Shown here one piece after another: positions 48,537 through 61,949 of a DNA stretch of 64,000 nucleotides. The position numbers and the translations under genes are program-made. How positions within the stretch are numbered: the stretch's first letter is position 1; each line of letters begins with the position of its first letter. Source of the DNA: Atractiella rhizophila. Taxonomy: Eukaryota. The notes below the pieces were generated by a model. That model was not told where the DNA came from and did no database searches. It worked only from the letters and a program-made list of their open reading frames with translations. Where the stretch lies: assembly GCA_021432655.1 (NCBI GenBank), contig MU271213.1:1-64000 (forward strand). Reading direction: 5' to 3'.

Positions 48537-49093
48537 ATGTCTAGCGCAGTGGAGGATCCTCAATCGATATCAATAGAGGTTCGTTCTCCCTCCATCCTGC
48601 AAACTTCACCAACGTACTCTGTCGCAGAACTACGGCCACAACTCGCGCGTGCTCTACTCTCTCAAAAGCGGTCTCACCCTTCTCTGTGGGAGTGTCTCCG
48701 GTATCCTAGGCCTGTCAAACTTCCAAGGATTCGCCTTCTATCTCTTCTGCTCTTTCTTCACTTCCTCCTTCATCCTCCTCGTCAACTGTGGGACGAAGCC
48801 TGCGAAGTTTTTCAAGAATGGGGCGAGGGAGGTGTTGACGAATGGTGTCGTGGATGGAATCGGCAGTTTCGTACTTTGTCCGTGTTTTTTTGCGTCTCAT
48901 GCTAGCTATAAAGTGTACTGATTGAGATTCCTTGATAGGGTGGACACGTAAGTTTCTCTCACTTTTTCAGTTTTCGCATACAGCCACTGACGAAAGGATG
49001 GAACACAAGTATTTTATGCTCTTGTTCACGGTTCGTCATTCTTTGACAGGTTGGAAACAAGGGTACTGATTAATCACAATAGTATACGACTAG
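48537..49093 (+). CDS. EMC6: ER membrane protein complex subunit 6 (Rab5ip family)
   Basis: HNSRVL...GSVSGILGLSNFQGFAFY...GSFVL-WWT-LFYALVH-VYD* assembled from 5 exons. Confidence 0.9.
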
Positions 49094-49120
49094 GATCCCA
49101 ATACTCTAATAATAAGATCT

Positions 49121-50845
49121 CTACCTCCTTCTCCTCCCTGATGCACCCTGCAAAGCTTGAGCCTGAAACCTGCTCGTATCCCTTCTCATCCGGCTACCAT
49201 AACACATCACAATCAACATGTTTTCACACACAACAGAAAGTGATGGAGAAAAGAAGCGCACCGTATAGCCCTCTCCTTATCAGCCGCGATCCGATCCAAC
49301 TCCTCCGTCGTCCTAATCTCCAACCTCGGACCCCACATTCCCCCAATAACCTCCTTCCAATCCCTCCACACTCCCTTCAATCCCTTCCCACCAGCTTGCA
49401 AACCTAGCTCTAAACACTCCCGTCTGTGCTTTAAGAGTTCGGCGTGGATGGCGTGAGAGATGAGTGGCGCGCTTTCGGATGTAAGCGCGAGGTCGGAGCA
49501 GAGTTGAAGCGAGAAGGATTCGGGTGTTAGTGGAGAGGCAAGGTCCCACTCTAGCCGATCTACGAGGTGTAGGGTCTGGATTTGTACGTCCAGCTGCCGA
49601 GGAGCGCATTTAAGCTAGGTCCAGTCCATGGAAAAGAAAGAGAAAGAGTGAGACGAACGTTAATGATGACCCGTAAATCCTGTTGCATACCCGTCCCATC
49701 CGATTTTCCCTCCCCCGCTGCTGCTGCTGCTGCTTCGGGTTCCGGCTCTGGTTGTGAGGTTTCGACCTGTAAGAACTCGAAGAGAGACATGTGTTCTTCG
49801 ATTTGACTCTTTATTGAATTCGAGACCAGATCAGCGTGCGGCTGTAATGGTATGTCGAGGTCTTTACAGAAGATTTGGGCGAAGGTTTCGGGGGTAATTA
49901 GCTTCTCTAAGTCCGGACAGATGTCAGGAAGAGGACACAGGGAGGCGGGGTGAGGAGGAGAGGAACGTACCGTTCAGGTTCCACATGAACGCGTCTGAGA
50001 TCCGGTGATGCTCTGTCGTCAGTTCCAGAGTGATGGGAATGAGCAGCGTCGATTCATCCGCTTGCTCTTCAAGCGACTCTTCATTCCTTCCAACAGAAAG
50101 AGCCATCAACACCCATCACATAAACCAAAAGGGAGGCTTACAACCAAGGGTGTTGCGTCCTCGGTGCAACTTTCGAATAGATCAAATTCCCTGGTGGTTT
50201 CGCGCCTAGAAAATTCCTCCCCTCGCCCCATGGCATATCCTCGCTCGTCTTCTGCTCCTGCACCTTCGCTGCTGTCCGTCTCCTCCTCCCTCCTCTCCCT
50301 TCTCCAGTATAGTCCGAATCATCACTCTCGTCATCATCCGGCCCTTCAATCTCTGCGTAATTGACAACAGTTCGCTGTCGCTTGCCAAGGACGCTGGAAG
50401 ACGCTGTTGGAGTTCCTGTTCCTCCACCTCCACCTCCTCCACCAGCGGCAGGTGCAAAACCCAACGGCACTTCCTTAGCAGCGAGGGGTTGCACGAGACC
50501 CGTTGTTCCAAGCTTAAGACGATTCGGATACGTAGTAAACCTCGCCTGTCCAGTTCCAACGGGATGATAAGGGGGCAAAGGATCGGTGGACGTAGTGATC
50601 TGTCTCCACTTCATCTGTAGCGGCTGTTGTGCAGCATATCCCTGTGATGGCGCGTACGCGTACGCTGGTGTGCGGGAGGCGGGTGCCCTGTCTCTGGATG
50701 CGATTGGAGGAGGCCCATTCGTGTACGGCGTACGTGTCGGGTCCGCAGCGTAGCGTGGAGGCGGTCGCTGGACGCGTGCGGGCGTGGATTGGTAGGCAGT
50801 TGGAGGGGCGGGTGTGCTGTTGGCGGGGGAAAACGAAAAAGACAT
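49121..50845 (-). CDS. SFH1: SNF5-family chromatin remodelling subunit, Sfh1-like (RSC)
   Basis: TTYPNRLKLGTTGLVQP, LIPITLEL...RISDAFMWNLNE.LITPETFAQIFCKDLD, LDVQI...LVDRLEWDL, basic tail RRMRRDTSRF. Confidence 0.88.
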
Positions 50846-51268
50846 TTTGGCTCGCGATGAAGTTTGGGATGGGGGCTGGTCCCCTTGGGGGAACCTAACC
50901 AAACCAAACCTATTATCTGTCACGTGAGTACGCCAGCTTGATTAGCACTTGCGGTTCATTGCAGAGTGCATAAAGAGTGCTGCAGTTGGAGCTGAGGCTG
51001 AGATGGCTGCTGTCAGGTATTGTGGGGCAATAGGACGCGTTTGGTGCCAGCTCTGCGGCATGTCGGTCGCTGAGATAGAGAGATGCAGAGATGCAGAGAG
51101 ATCTTGAAAACGACCAGCATCCAATTTCAGCGACCCGAACTCCACACATGAAAGCTTGAGCAGTGACTAGGCAGTGTAATCCCTCTAGCGCTCTCGAAAA
51201 CGAGAAGAAGCGTAGCTCAAACCAGCGAGCAGCAGTCTCTCCGGTTGGATTTTGTGGATACGGTTAAG

Positions 51269-53007
51269 ATGGGCCGAAACTCAGAGGAGCACTCTATTGC
51301 TGCTCTGGCAGCCTCAACCGGAGGTCTGTAAACTCTTCCTGAAACCCATACATGAGAGGAAATGCTGATTTGATGGATTTGTGGCAGCCGTCGCGGTTGT
51401 CCCAATAACCGCTGGTGGGGAAGACCTGCATCAACATCGGGATGAGGTAGTTCGAGCGTATAAAGGTGTGTCATCTCTCTCTGACTTTGCTCCGTACTGA
51501 TCACGATGGAACAGATAGGATTCGCGCTTTCAGGACAAACACTTCAGACTATGCTACTTTCAAGTTCTCTCGCCAAAGCGAACCCAGTGGTGCTTTCCAA
51601 CCTAAAGAAGAGCGTACGGTCGAAGAGCACGATAGGGGATTGGTGGATCGAATGCAACAAAATCCAATCTTCCACTCTCTCTTCGACCTGGAACAGTACC
51701 TTCTCCTTGCACCAAAACGTTTCAAATCCCTCTTCTCCCACAGCAGCCACTCTCCAGTCCGTCCCTCTGCCTCTCCATCCACAGAACCCGATCCATTCTA
51801 CCTCGACATCGATCTCTCCGAAGCTCTGGAACCGTCGTCGAAGTCCAACGAAGTGCTCTTCCTCAATCACTATACATACGACGACCTAGTCGCAGCGTTG
51901 AAAGAACACGGCATTCTCTCCTCTCTCGCCTCCGTAGGCTATACCTCCACCTCTCTCATCATCGACACCTCCGATTCGTACCAACACCGTGTCTCTCTCG
52001 TCGACGCTTCCCTCTTCGACCCCTCCCTCAATCTCCCTTCCTCAGAAAGGTACCTCATCGACTGGTTCCTGCGACGACGAAAGAATTGGACGACGGCCAA
52101 TATCCTGTCATATCAGCTCATGCACCGTCTCCTCACATCCGGTTCCTGGGAAGCTCTCACGAAAGCGGGCGAGTTTCGAACAGCCTATCTCTCACTTGAC
52201 GCCGCGAAGGAGGTGAAGGAGTTCCTGGAGAGACAGGTTGAGAAGGATGGCAGGAATTCAAAGAGCGGAAATGGGACGTGGGAGGTCGTCGAGAGCTTGT
52301 GGATGGTGATGCAGAACCCGAAGGCGAAACCAAAAGAAGGCCGTGGGTTGTTACCCAGTCAAAGGTTTCCTGGTTTGGGACTTGGAGAAAAAGTGAACAA
52401 GATGATGACGGCTTTGGCGAATGATGGCGGTGCGTTAACTTTCTTTTATTCCTCCACTATGAAGCTACATGCTCAAATAGGTATGCTGTAGAGAAGTCCG
52501 ATGCCATTCTTAACTTCCCTCTCGGCTGGCATAACGCCTTCATGTATGCTCGAGCTGGTTACCTTTTTCTCAATCCTGTCTTCGACGCATATTTCGAATG
52601 GACTTGTCAGCAACTAAAACCTCATATTCAGACACACGGTTTCGTCTTCATCGCATGGGCATGGGTATGTTGATCTGCATTCTCTGTTACTGGGAGCGCT
52701 GATCCAATTCCACCCTATCTTTCTTATGGAACAGACAAATGGCCACATCCGCCGAGTGCATTCTTCACCTTCAGGAGAAACCTCGCGAGAACTGGAGCGG
52801 TGGAATCCCGAAGAACAGCTCCTGCCCTGCGGAGAGTCGATGCGACACTTTTTCAAAAGTGAGGGCTGGAAGTCGTTGAGGAAGAAGTACCTGCAAGTTT
52901 TTGAGAAGGATGAATCGACGTCTTTGACTGTAGAGGTTGAAAGCGCGACGGAGTTGTGGAAGCTTTCGTTGGACGGAGAAACTCGATGCAGGAAGTTTGA
53001 GGAGTAG
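51269..53007 (+). CDS. Uncharacterised protein with a GNAT-like C-terminal domain (MQNP..LPSQRFPGLGLG..WHNA)
   Basis: Long ORF 51466-52491 plus spliced exons (DAILNFPLGWHNAFMY..FLNP; WNPEEQLLP..HFF); inferred start MGRNSEEH; fold assignment is from recollection of a bacterial family. Confidence 0.7.
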
Positions 53008-53919
53008 GCCATCTCAGGTTCGTTCAGGCGCAACGCGTCGAGGTTCACTTGTACGATCAGGCAAACATGCTGTTGTATAATCTTAAGAATGTGCGGTTGT
53101 ACTCGTCTCGTTATCGCAATCCAGAACTAAATGCCCCAATGTCCTGCCTCTGCGCTCTATACTCAAAAGTTGGGAGCAGGCGAAGTCTTCAAGGTTCGTT
53201 GGCAAAAAGAAAAAAAATATGAGTACCTTGACATCGCAAACCGGTAGTGTAAGGGCAAGGACATCGTGTAAAGGCCTTGAGCAAGCCCAAGGTGACTCCA
53301 CAGGCAGGGAAAGATTAGAGTAATTGATTTATAAGCCTCGATGAGGCTTTGAAGCAATTACACTTCAAAGAACAGATACTACACTTGATCTAAGCCAAAA
53401 GGCCAGAATGGATACCAGTCTATGCAGCTTTTCGAGGATGACGAACAAGTTTTGGATTCCGCAGGATCACTTTATGATTAAAGTGCAGAATAAAGAGAGA
53501 CTACACAGACTAGAGAAATTAAACAGCGGAAGTGCTCGGAGCACCAGGTGATTGAAAGTTTCACCATCTCCTCCTCTTTCCTACACTTTCAACACTTTCG
53601 ACCTCAGCTCAGACCCTGTACAGCGTTGCCGGTTTACTTCTTCAGAGAAGCACAGTCTCGAGGGCATAGCTGTGGCTTTGATTTTACGGTGAGGAGCCTC
53701 TTAGAGTGAATGGGATTGGAGTTTATGCATGTATTTTGGGGGCTAGTGCAAATCCTTCTGCGACTTTAGAGATCTTCATATAGGTGCGTTACTCTCTTTC
53801 AGCCAGAAGAAAGGGTCTAAAGTGGTTGTTGTAAAGTACCACGTTCCTTTCAGCGTCTCTCTTTCACAGCAACAACCATATAGTTCAACACCAACCGGTG
53901 AACCTGCAACGGCATTAGC

Positions 53920-56467
53920 ATGAGCACGGTTCCCATCATTACCTCCACTCTCACCCAGTCCATTCCTGGCGAGTCCATCTCTCACAGACCGTCGGAGTCC
54001 ATTGATTCCACCATCTCTACTTCGTCCACCGGTCTCCCGCCTTTCGATCCCAGCACCATCAACAAGCCCTCCAAGTTCGCCTTTCGCCAGTCCGGAGCAG
54101 ACTGGACCATCCCTCAGTCTTTCTCTCCTCCTTCGACTCAGGAAGAAACCGTAATCCCCGAGAGGGAATTCAAAGACGAAACGGAGAAAAGATCCTCGTC
54201 TAGTCGTGGAAGTAGCAGCGATACCACCCCACCGACGAGTCCAGAAAGCAGCGGGAGATTCAGGAGGCAGGAGGAAGACAAGATGGCTACCAGCAGCGTG
54301 AATGACTATGAGCATACAAGCGTGAATGGCGAAGATGTCGAGACACCGAAGTTGAGTCAAGGGGTGATCACCGTGGAGAAGGAAGCACCAACCAGTCTCA
54401 TGAGCCCCTTCGTAGAATCATCTGCCGTCCTCTCCTCTTCCTCATCCATGAACGGCATCGGGAGAAAGAAGGTCGAACCCGTCGTGAACGGCAACCTCCT
54501 CACCCCTCCTTCCACTTCAGCGACAGGCAAACACCGTCCCACCAACCTCGCAATCCCCCATCCTGCGCCTGGAGGCCTCGGAATAGCCACCAACTCGCCC
54601 TCTTCCGGTTCGCCGCCGGGCAACAATCCGATCGCTCGCGAATCCTCCGCTCGATACCTCGAAGCGAACACGAATTCTGGAACTGGGAACACGCCTTCCT
54701 GGCCCTTCGTCGATTCTCGAGGTCAACGATTGCAGATTGAAGGGTTGAGGAGTCCAGCTATCCCTGGGACGCCGTCTGCGATCCATCCGAGCTATGGTGT
54801 GCCAATCGAAGATGATGATGACGTTAGCAGTGGTGCGGGATTTGGGTCCCGAAATGGTGGAACTGCGCAAGGTTACGGTTATCATGATGAGACACGTTCA
54901 TCCGTAACGGGGCTGGGTCAATACAACAACTTTTCCGCATCAAACTCGAACGACCACCATCTTCTTAATAACCTTCAGAACGCGTCGTATGGAGGGAAAG
55001 GAGGAATGGACTCGAGCGATAATCCTTATTTCGTTGGAAGTGGGAATGGGAATAAAGATGATAGGAGCCCGACGGAGAAGTTAAAGGGATTCAAGTTTGG
55101 TGGAAGAGGCAATGGAACGAGCATGACGAGCATCAACTTTAACTCTCCGTCTTCTTCATCGACGGGAACGGACGAAAAGACAGGCCGACACTTCTACCAA
55201 CCTTCAGCAGGGACACAAGCCATGCTCACATCTCGTCGACGGCGCGACTCGCTGTTCAACTCACCAGCATTCCAACAGCTCATCTTGGTCCTCGACACGC
55301 CGACCAGCTGGTTGATAATGTACTTTTTCTTCAACCTATCCCTCACCCTCTACAACAAATCCGTCATGCTCAAGTTCCCCTTCCCCTGGACGTTAACCGC
55401 CATCCACACCCTCTGTTCTGCCATGGGTTCCAAGGTCGCTGAGCAAGGAGGAGTCTTCAAGGCTTCAGAACAGGTCGGACCAAGGGAGACCTACACTCTG
55501 TTTGCCTTCTCGGTCCTGTATACGATCAATATCGCAGTCTCGAATTTGAGCTTGAACCTTGTTTCTGTCCCGGTCAGTTCAATTCTCTGCGCTCTTCTCG
55601 TCGTCTTGCATCTTGGTTATGAGGGAAGATACTGATTGTTACTCTGGGTGACAGTTCCACTCCGTCGTTAGAGCTATGACCCCTCTGTTCACAATCGTCC
55701 TCTCAACCATGTTCCTTCGAAAACGCTACCCTCAAGCGACTTACGTCTCCCTTCTCCCAGTTGTCATCGGTGTTGGATTCACTACCCTCGGGGAATACGA
55801 CGTATGCCCAATTATCTTCATTCTGTATCTAACCATTAAACCGTTGGTTCGCAGTTTACTGCGTGGGGTTTAATCCTAACACTCCTCGGTGTTCTCCTTG
55901 CGGCTCTTAAAACTGTGATCACAAACATAATCATGGTCGGCCGTCTCAAGCTTCATCCCCTCGACCTTCTCCTCCGCATGTCCCCACTAGCTTTCGTACA
56001 ATGCATCTTGTGGAGTTGGTGGACGGGTGAGCTAGAGAGAGTTCGAGAGTTTGGAGCGACCCAGATGGACACGCACAAGTTCACGCTGCTTGCTGTGAAT
56101 GGAGCTATCGCCTTTGGATTGAATGTGGTCAGCTTTACGGCGAACAAGAAGACGAGTGCGTTGACGATGACTGTCGCTGGTGCGTATTTCTTCTTGGCGA
56201 TGATTGACGAAAGAACTGACACGTTGCATCCACATTGTAGCCAACGTGAAACAAGTCCTTTCTATCGTGCTGGCTGTCTTTATGTTCAACGTCCCTATGA
56301 ACCCGATGAAAGTGTTCGGCATCCTGCTCACGCTTGTAGGAGGCAAGCTTTCTTTTTTTTCTCGTTCTAATGTCAAGCTAATGAATTGTGCAGGTGCTTG
56401 GTACGCTAAAATCGAACTGGGGGAGAAATCCAAGAAAGCTCGTCTCACCACCGCTCCCGCCAAATGA
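53920..56467 (+). CDS. Triose-phosphate/nucleotide-sugar transporter family (TPT) protein with a long disordered N-terminus
   Basis: YFFFNLSLTLYNK, FPFPWTLTAIH, YTINIAVSNLSL, LHPLDLLLRMSPLA, SFTANKKTSALTMTVAANVKQ. Confidence 0.92.
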
Positions 56468-57024
56468 ACAACATATTTGCTTTAGTGTCCTATCCATCCT
56501 TGCACCTTTGCCCTTGATATAGAGTCAACGCCACATCCCCTCTTGTTGCAGCATTATACTCAGTATCTATTCAAAAGCACATTCACAAGCTTCTCCTCAT
56601 CCATGCCATTCTCCTTGCGTTATTCAGTCACTATTTGGGCTCTGTGGTGTAGATCAGGTTTCTGGGAACTTGAACGTGGAGTGTTCTTCGTAATCTTACT
56701 ACTACCTACTATCCACTATTCATACAGTATTACGAAATCAACATCACCTTAGGAAAGCTCGGTTTGTCTTATTCTTTCAAAGTCGTTTAAATCAATGGGC
56801 TGGAACTCGCTTGCCATGCATGCATGCTACTGGTTGTGGTGCTTACTTAGATTGTCCGAAAGATTACTGTCGTCATTCCCTTTCGATTTCTTCATTTGAT
56901 TTGCAGTCAGTGTATATATCCCAGCGTTTCCAATAAATAACTTCGAGCTTTCAAAACTCATCTATTAACTAGCATTCTATCCTTACATTTTCACGTGGCA
57001 ATGATCGCAAATCGGTGGAGCAGG

Positions 57025-59975
57025 TTAATCGAAGTTTCTGATGAGCGAATGGATAAAGTAGGTGCCACGAATGTCTGTAACCAATTGCATTCATCAGCCT
57101 CGTTGGCACAGAGGAGGAATCACGTACGGCCATCCACAGACAAATGCTCGTTTACCGTGTGAACACCTCCTGAGAGTCCGACAGACGAGATACGTGAAGG
57201 AGAGAAGCGATAGATACTCTTTGTCAGCGGCCACATGAAGCGCGTATCCGTATTTCCTATCACACCGCCTTCGTGAGACAACGCTTTCCCAAGTTCGATC
57301 CAAAATGCTAACCAGTCATGATCGCCGGCGCAACGACGACCTTGGGATCGTCATCACTCTCATAAACGTGTCGGATAGTGCCTGATAACTTGGCCCAAGC
57401 ATCATTAGGAGGCGAGACGGGAGCAGGATCAAGAGGGCTGATTTCAACATGTGAGCAAGCAGCTTGGGAGAAGTTGAACGCCTCACTTGATTGCTGCGAG
57501 TTTGAGAGCTCCTCCCCATTCTTCAGAAGACGAGTGATTTCTGCTTGTGCCAAAAGCATCAACATCAAGGCTGAATTCCTCTGCAATCGGGTCGATAAGG
57601 GACGCTACATGTTCCATGACGTCCTGCTCCCGATGTTCAGCAACAAAATCATCTGTGTAGGGAAGATTGCGAACCTCAGGTGTGCTTCCAGGCCTAATGC
57701 GGTGATTGACCACGACGAACGTGAGCTCCTATCGCAGAAATCAACGTGAGCCTTTCAAGAGGAGGATGAGGCTGCGTACAGGGAGAGCATTGACTTTGAC
57801 GCCGCCGCCAACAATATCTAAACATGATTATTCATGACGGTCCCGTAGGTAGAGAAAGGTAAGACAACAGACCAACAGCTTGGCTGGTTGTAAACAACAT
57901 CTCGGTTGCCCTTGGCTGGGTTTTCACGATTTCCTGCTCCAGCTGCTTCCTCGCTTGAGGGCATGTCTCCGCCATCTTGACGAGACTTTTCAGCTTCAAA
58001 GGGAAGTCAGGACTGTGCTCAGCACCACACTTGAGCATTGTATAGTAGGGGTTAGTAGGTATAAGATCTGGGATGTGAGGATTCGCTTCGAGTGTGGTAA
58101 CGATGCGAGATATAATCCCAATCCCTGCCGTTGAGAATTAGCGCTCTATTCAAGCATGCAGGGCAGAACTACCTGTGTGAGCAGGAGGTACAGACGAGTG
58201 ACCTATCTCGACCATTGAGTGGCACAATTTGAATCAAGCCTAAGATCGTACCTCCTTTCGTTGACAAAGTTATCTGTCACTTCTATCAGCACATGCAGGA
58301 TTGGTTGAAGGGAGCGGCGCACATTAACATCGACATATCCCTTTTCACCGGCCCCGGGCAAAGCAAACGTCTGGCCAAAAAACTCGCCAACTCCCATCCC
58401 ACCTTCATCAACGATAATTTCAATACTATCCTCCCCATATTTCTCCAACAAGTATTCTCCAATCTTCCCAGCACCCTGGAATGCCGACCAACCTGTTAGT
58501 GATGTTTCAGTGGTTCAGAAAAGAAAGTACACGAGTGCCTTTACTTTCTTCATCGAAGCCAAAGGAGAGTATGACTGTCCGACGAGGAGTAAAACCTTGC
58601 TTGATAAGGAGCGTGACTGCTTGCAATTCGCTGATAAGAAGCGTCTTGCAATCACTGGAGCCTCGTCCCCAAACGAAAGTTCCATCGTAATGTCCACTCC
58701 ACGGAGCTTTACGGCTAGTCAGATGAACTTTCTTATACAGAGCAAAGACCGCACGATGATCCCATTGGTCCAAAGTAGCCATGTTGACGGGAACCTTCGC
58801 GACTTTAGTATGAGGACAGAGAGGAAACGAGCCTATTTACAGTGTCCTGATGCGCCATCAGCATGATTGGCTTCTTGCTCTTGTCACTTCCCTCCCAGGT
58901 GTAGACGAGACCATGAGTGTTGACGCGGGTAAGAGTGAGGGTGGAATGGAGCAGAGGAAATGCGTTTTTGAGGTATTCTGAGAACTATGTGACAAGACCG
59001 TTAGTTTTGTTGCAGTCGATGAGAATAACACTTTAGGAAGCTCGAATCTGCACGCATCAAATGCTTCCACATAATAACGGAGCTCAGTCGTTTCATCAAA
59101 CAAAGCTCAACAAGAAGGCAGAGTACTATCATACCAAGTCAATGGACGGTCACAGAAAATTGGGTGCTGGATCCTCCGAGTGGGACAATTGCGTATGTCC
59201 CTCCTCCCTTCATTCCTTCATATGTCTTCACTCTCTGGAGGAAAATGTGCCAATGGCTGCCAGACAAAAGAGGCGATAGTTTAGCTGCATACCGTCACAG
59301 GACAAGAGCGAGCTGTGGATATACCGCCAAATCAACTTCGTCACTTCATTCATCACCATTCTCAACGTAAGCTCCATTTTTTCAAGTGCGAAGCTATCTG
59401 TAGCCGATGCGTAATTTGTGGAGTCAGGGCGGTTCAGAGGAGCCTGCTTAGCGGCTTTCAGATGTGCCTGTCCTTTGATTATTGGGTGGTACAAGCCCCA
59501 ACACCGTAGAAACATCCTTTACTTTCACACATTGATGGCTCTGCAGAGTACACACCTGATAGAACACATCCCATCTTTCATCGTTCCCGACTTCATCCTC
59601 ATCATCCCAACTCTCAGTCTTGATTTTGACCGCCTCACTCAGCAACGTTATGCTCTCATTCCTCCACCCCAAAGAGCTCATCGTGTCCCAAGTCCCTTCT
59701 GCTCCGTCCGGGGTGATCGAATCGTACTGAGGACACAAACCATTCATATCATCGTCATCCAGAGCTGTAGAAGAGAACGAAGGGTTCCATTTGTACAAGA
59801 GATAGTAGAAAGTTGCAAACGAGATCCCAAAGAAGAATAAATGCGATAACCAAGCAGGGAAACGACGAAGCCGTTCTTGAGCGCGACTGATGCGTTGACC
59901 CCGCAGGAAGTCCTTTTGGAGGATTGGGGAGGTGTAGACGTCCGTTATGTCGCCGGAGTCGAGCTTGAAATCCAT
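57025..59975 (-). CDS. CPS1: Gly-Xaa carboxypeptidase (M20, CPS1-like), type II membrane, many exons
   Basis: N-terminal TM; LSEAVKIKTESWDD, LMAHQD, WGRGSSDCK, SFGFDEE, IVDEGG, EKGY, GHSSVPPAHT, GGVKVNALP, VNHRI, APAIMTG, HTVNE. Confidence 0.88.
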
Positions 59976-60199
59976 CTTGAGGACAGCCAGAAAACGAGTT
60001 GGTCGTTCTTAGCGCTAAGCACAAGTGCAATTGCAAAGCCATTGCAAATTGCGCAGGACTTGCGATTAGCAACCGAGAGGGTCGTCGTCTCGCGCGATCC
60101 CACGACATCCCGCGTCCACCAACAAATTTCTTTTCGATCAGCCTCAGCGTCATAAGGCTGAGAAGCGATACGGGTTCAAACTTCTCCTTAGAAAGAAAT

Positions 60200-61032
60200 A
60201 TGCCTCACAAAAGGGCCAAGAAGTCTCTTCGCGACGCAAACAAATTATCCGCGTTCGTCTTCCGCAAATTATCCTTCCTCTGACCGATCTCGTTTCCAGA
60301 GGTCACGATCTCGCACCTTCCTCCTCCGCGCTCAAAGGACAAGAAGGGCTATCTAAGACCGCATCCCGCATCCTGAACGCCGAAGCCGTACAGCGGTCGT
60401 ACAACGAGAAGAAACGCAAACGAGCTGGCGACACTGCGTCTGCTGCTGTTGCTGGAAATGGTGAGCGGTCTTCGAAGCGCCCAAAGTTGGATCCGAACGA
60501 ATCCCTAAAGTCCTTTTACACCCGTGTGGAATCTACCTATCGAACGAGTACGAGGGAGGAAATCAAGAAGGTTTCTAATCGAGGCAAGAAGGAGAGGAGG
60601 GCTGTTAAGGCTGAAATCAAGAAGAAGGAGGAAGAGGAAGAGAGGAAGAGACAGGAGGCGAGAGAGAACACGACGTGGCGGAGGAGCGATAAGAGATTGC
60701 CGGGGAAGGTCTTCGTGCGTAATGACGTTCCTGACTCTCGAACCGGGCCTGGTGAAGACGAGAAAACGAATGGGGAAGAGAAAGACGCGAAGTTTAGGGA
60801 CAAAGAGAAAGAGTTCAAGAAACCGGAGAGGATACGCTTGCATGATGTCGTCTCTGCGCCGCCCAAGCTCCCGCGATTAAAGGGAGCAGATAGTCTTGCC
60901 AGTGAGACTGTGGGGTTCAAGCTGCCGATTCATATGGCGGAAGAGGAGCTGGAGGAAGAGAGGGAGAGGGTGGTGAGACGGTATCGAGAATTGAAGGAGA
61001 GTAGAGCAAAGAAGGAGGAGATGCAAGCATGA
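60200..61032 (+). CDS. Basic coiled-coil protein, CCDC137-like (one intron)
   Basis: MPHKRAKKSLRDA..GHDLAP, PNESLKSFYTRVE, RLHDVVSAPPKL, LEEERERVVRRYRELK. Confidence 0.7.
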
Positions 61033-61221
61033 ATTCTATCTCGTCATCACATCTGTTCTTGCAACGCCTCCTGTTTTGTTAGGCACTCAGAGAGACTGTA
61101 TCAGCGATGCGGGGAACTGGTCAGACATATGCCCAACTTAAGCCATCTGGATGTTAGGATCCACTCGTGAATGCAACCCACTCAGGTTCAGGTTCAGGTT
61201 CTCTCAGGCACAAAACTGGCT

Positions 61222-61896
61222 TCAGTCATTTTTGCCCCTCGTCTCCAGGTTTCGCTACGACATGGCTCAAATCTAGCCTCCCATCCATCAAGTCTCTCAA
61301 AGCACGATCAACTTCATCGTCTGGATTGACACGGTCGTCTTTTATAGCACTGTTCACATCATCAGCGGTTGTTCTGGTAGGCGAATGGACGGAAAAGAGA
61401 GGCAGCCTACCGACTGTCTATTCGCACGTCTTCTGCTTCAATCTCGATCACTTTTTGTGGCGTCTTCGCCTCGATAACCTGTATCGCCGCAAACAATCAG
61501 TTTCCATCTTCAAGCTGACCTTGAAAGGGTTAGGTAACGCACAAAATGATTGTCACAACGGGGACAAAACTCGTCGCTCTCCTCAAAAGTCCCCATATCC
61601 TTCCTAAACACCTTCTTGCACTTCTTACACGCAAGTGTCATCTCTGTTGTTTTCAACAAGTTATGATCGGAATTTTCAGCATGGCATTCTGGGCACTGTT
61701 GGAGATGAAACGTTGTCAGTTTATTTTGATTTTGACGTAGAGTAGAGTGGTTTGAAAGTAGATGAGGGAGACGTACATCGAACCACTTCCGGCAGCAGGG
61801 AGCGCGAATCGAGACTTGGGCATTGAGGATGTGCTTGCTTCACAAGACTGATCAACTCAGCACAAACTCTTGAGAGCGGATGAGAACGCACCACAT
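61222..61896 (-). CDS. CHY-type zinc finger protein
   Basis: MC|KHILNAQVSIRAPCCRKWFD|CPECHAENSDH...CKKCKKVFRKD...CPRCDNHF|VIEAKTP. Confidence 0.88.
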
Positions 61897-61949
61897 CGTT
61901 CGAGCTGGTTCAAAAGCAAAGAATACTTTCCAACTGGAGAATGTATACT

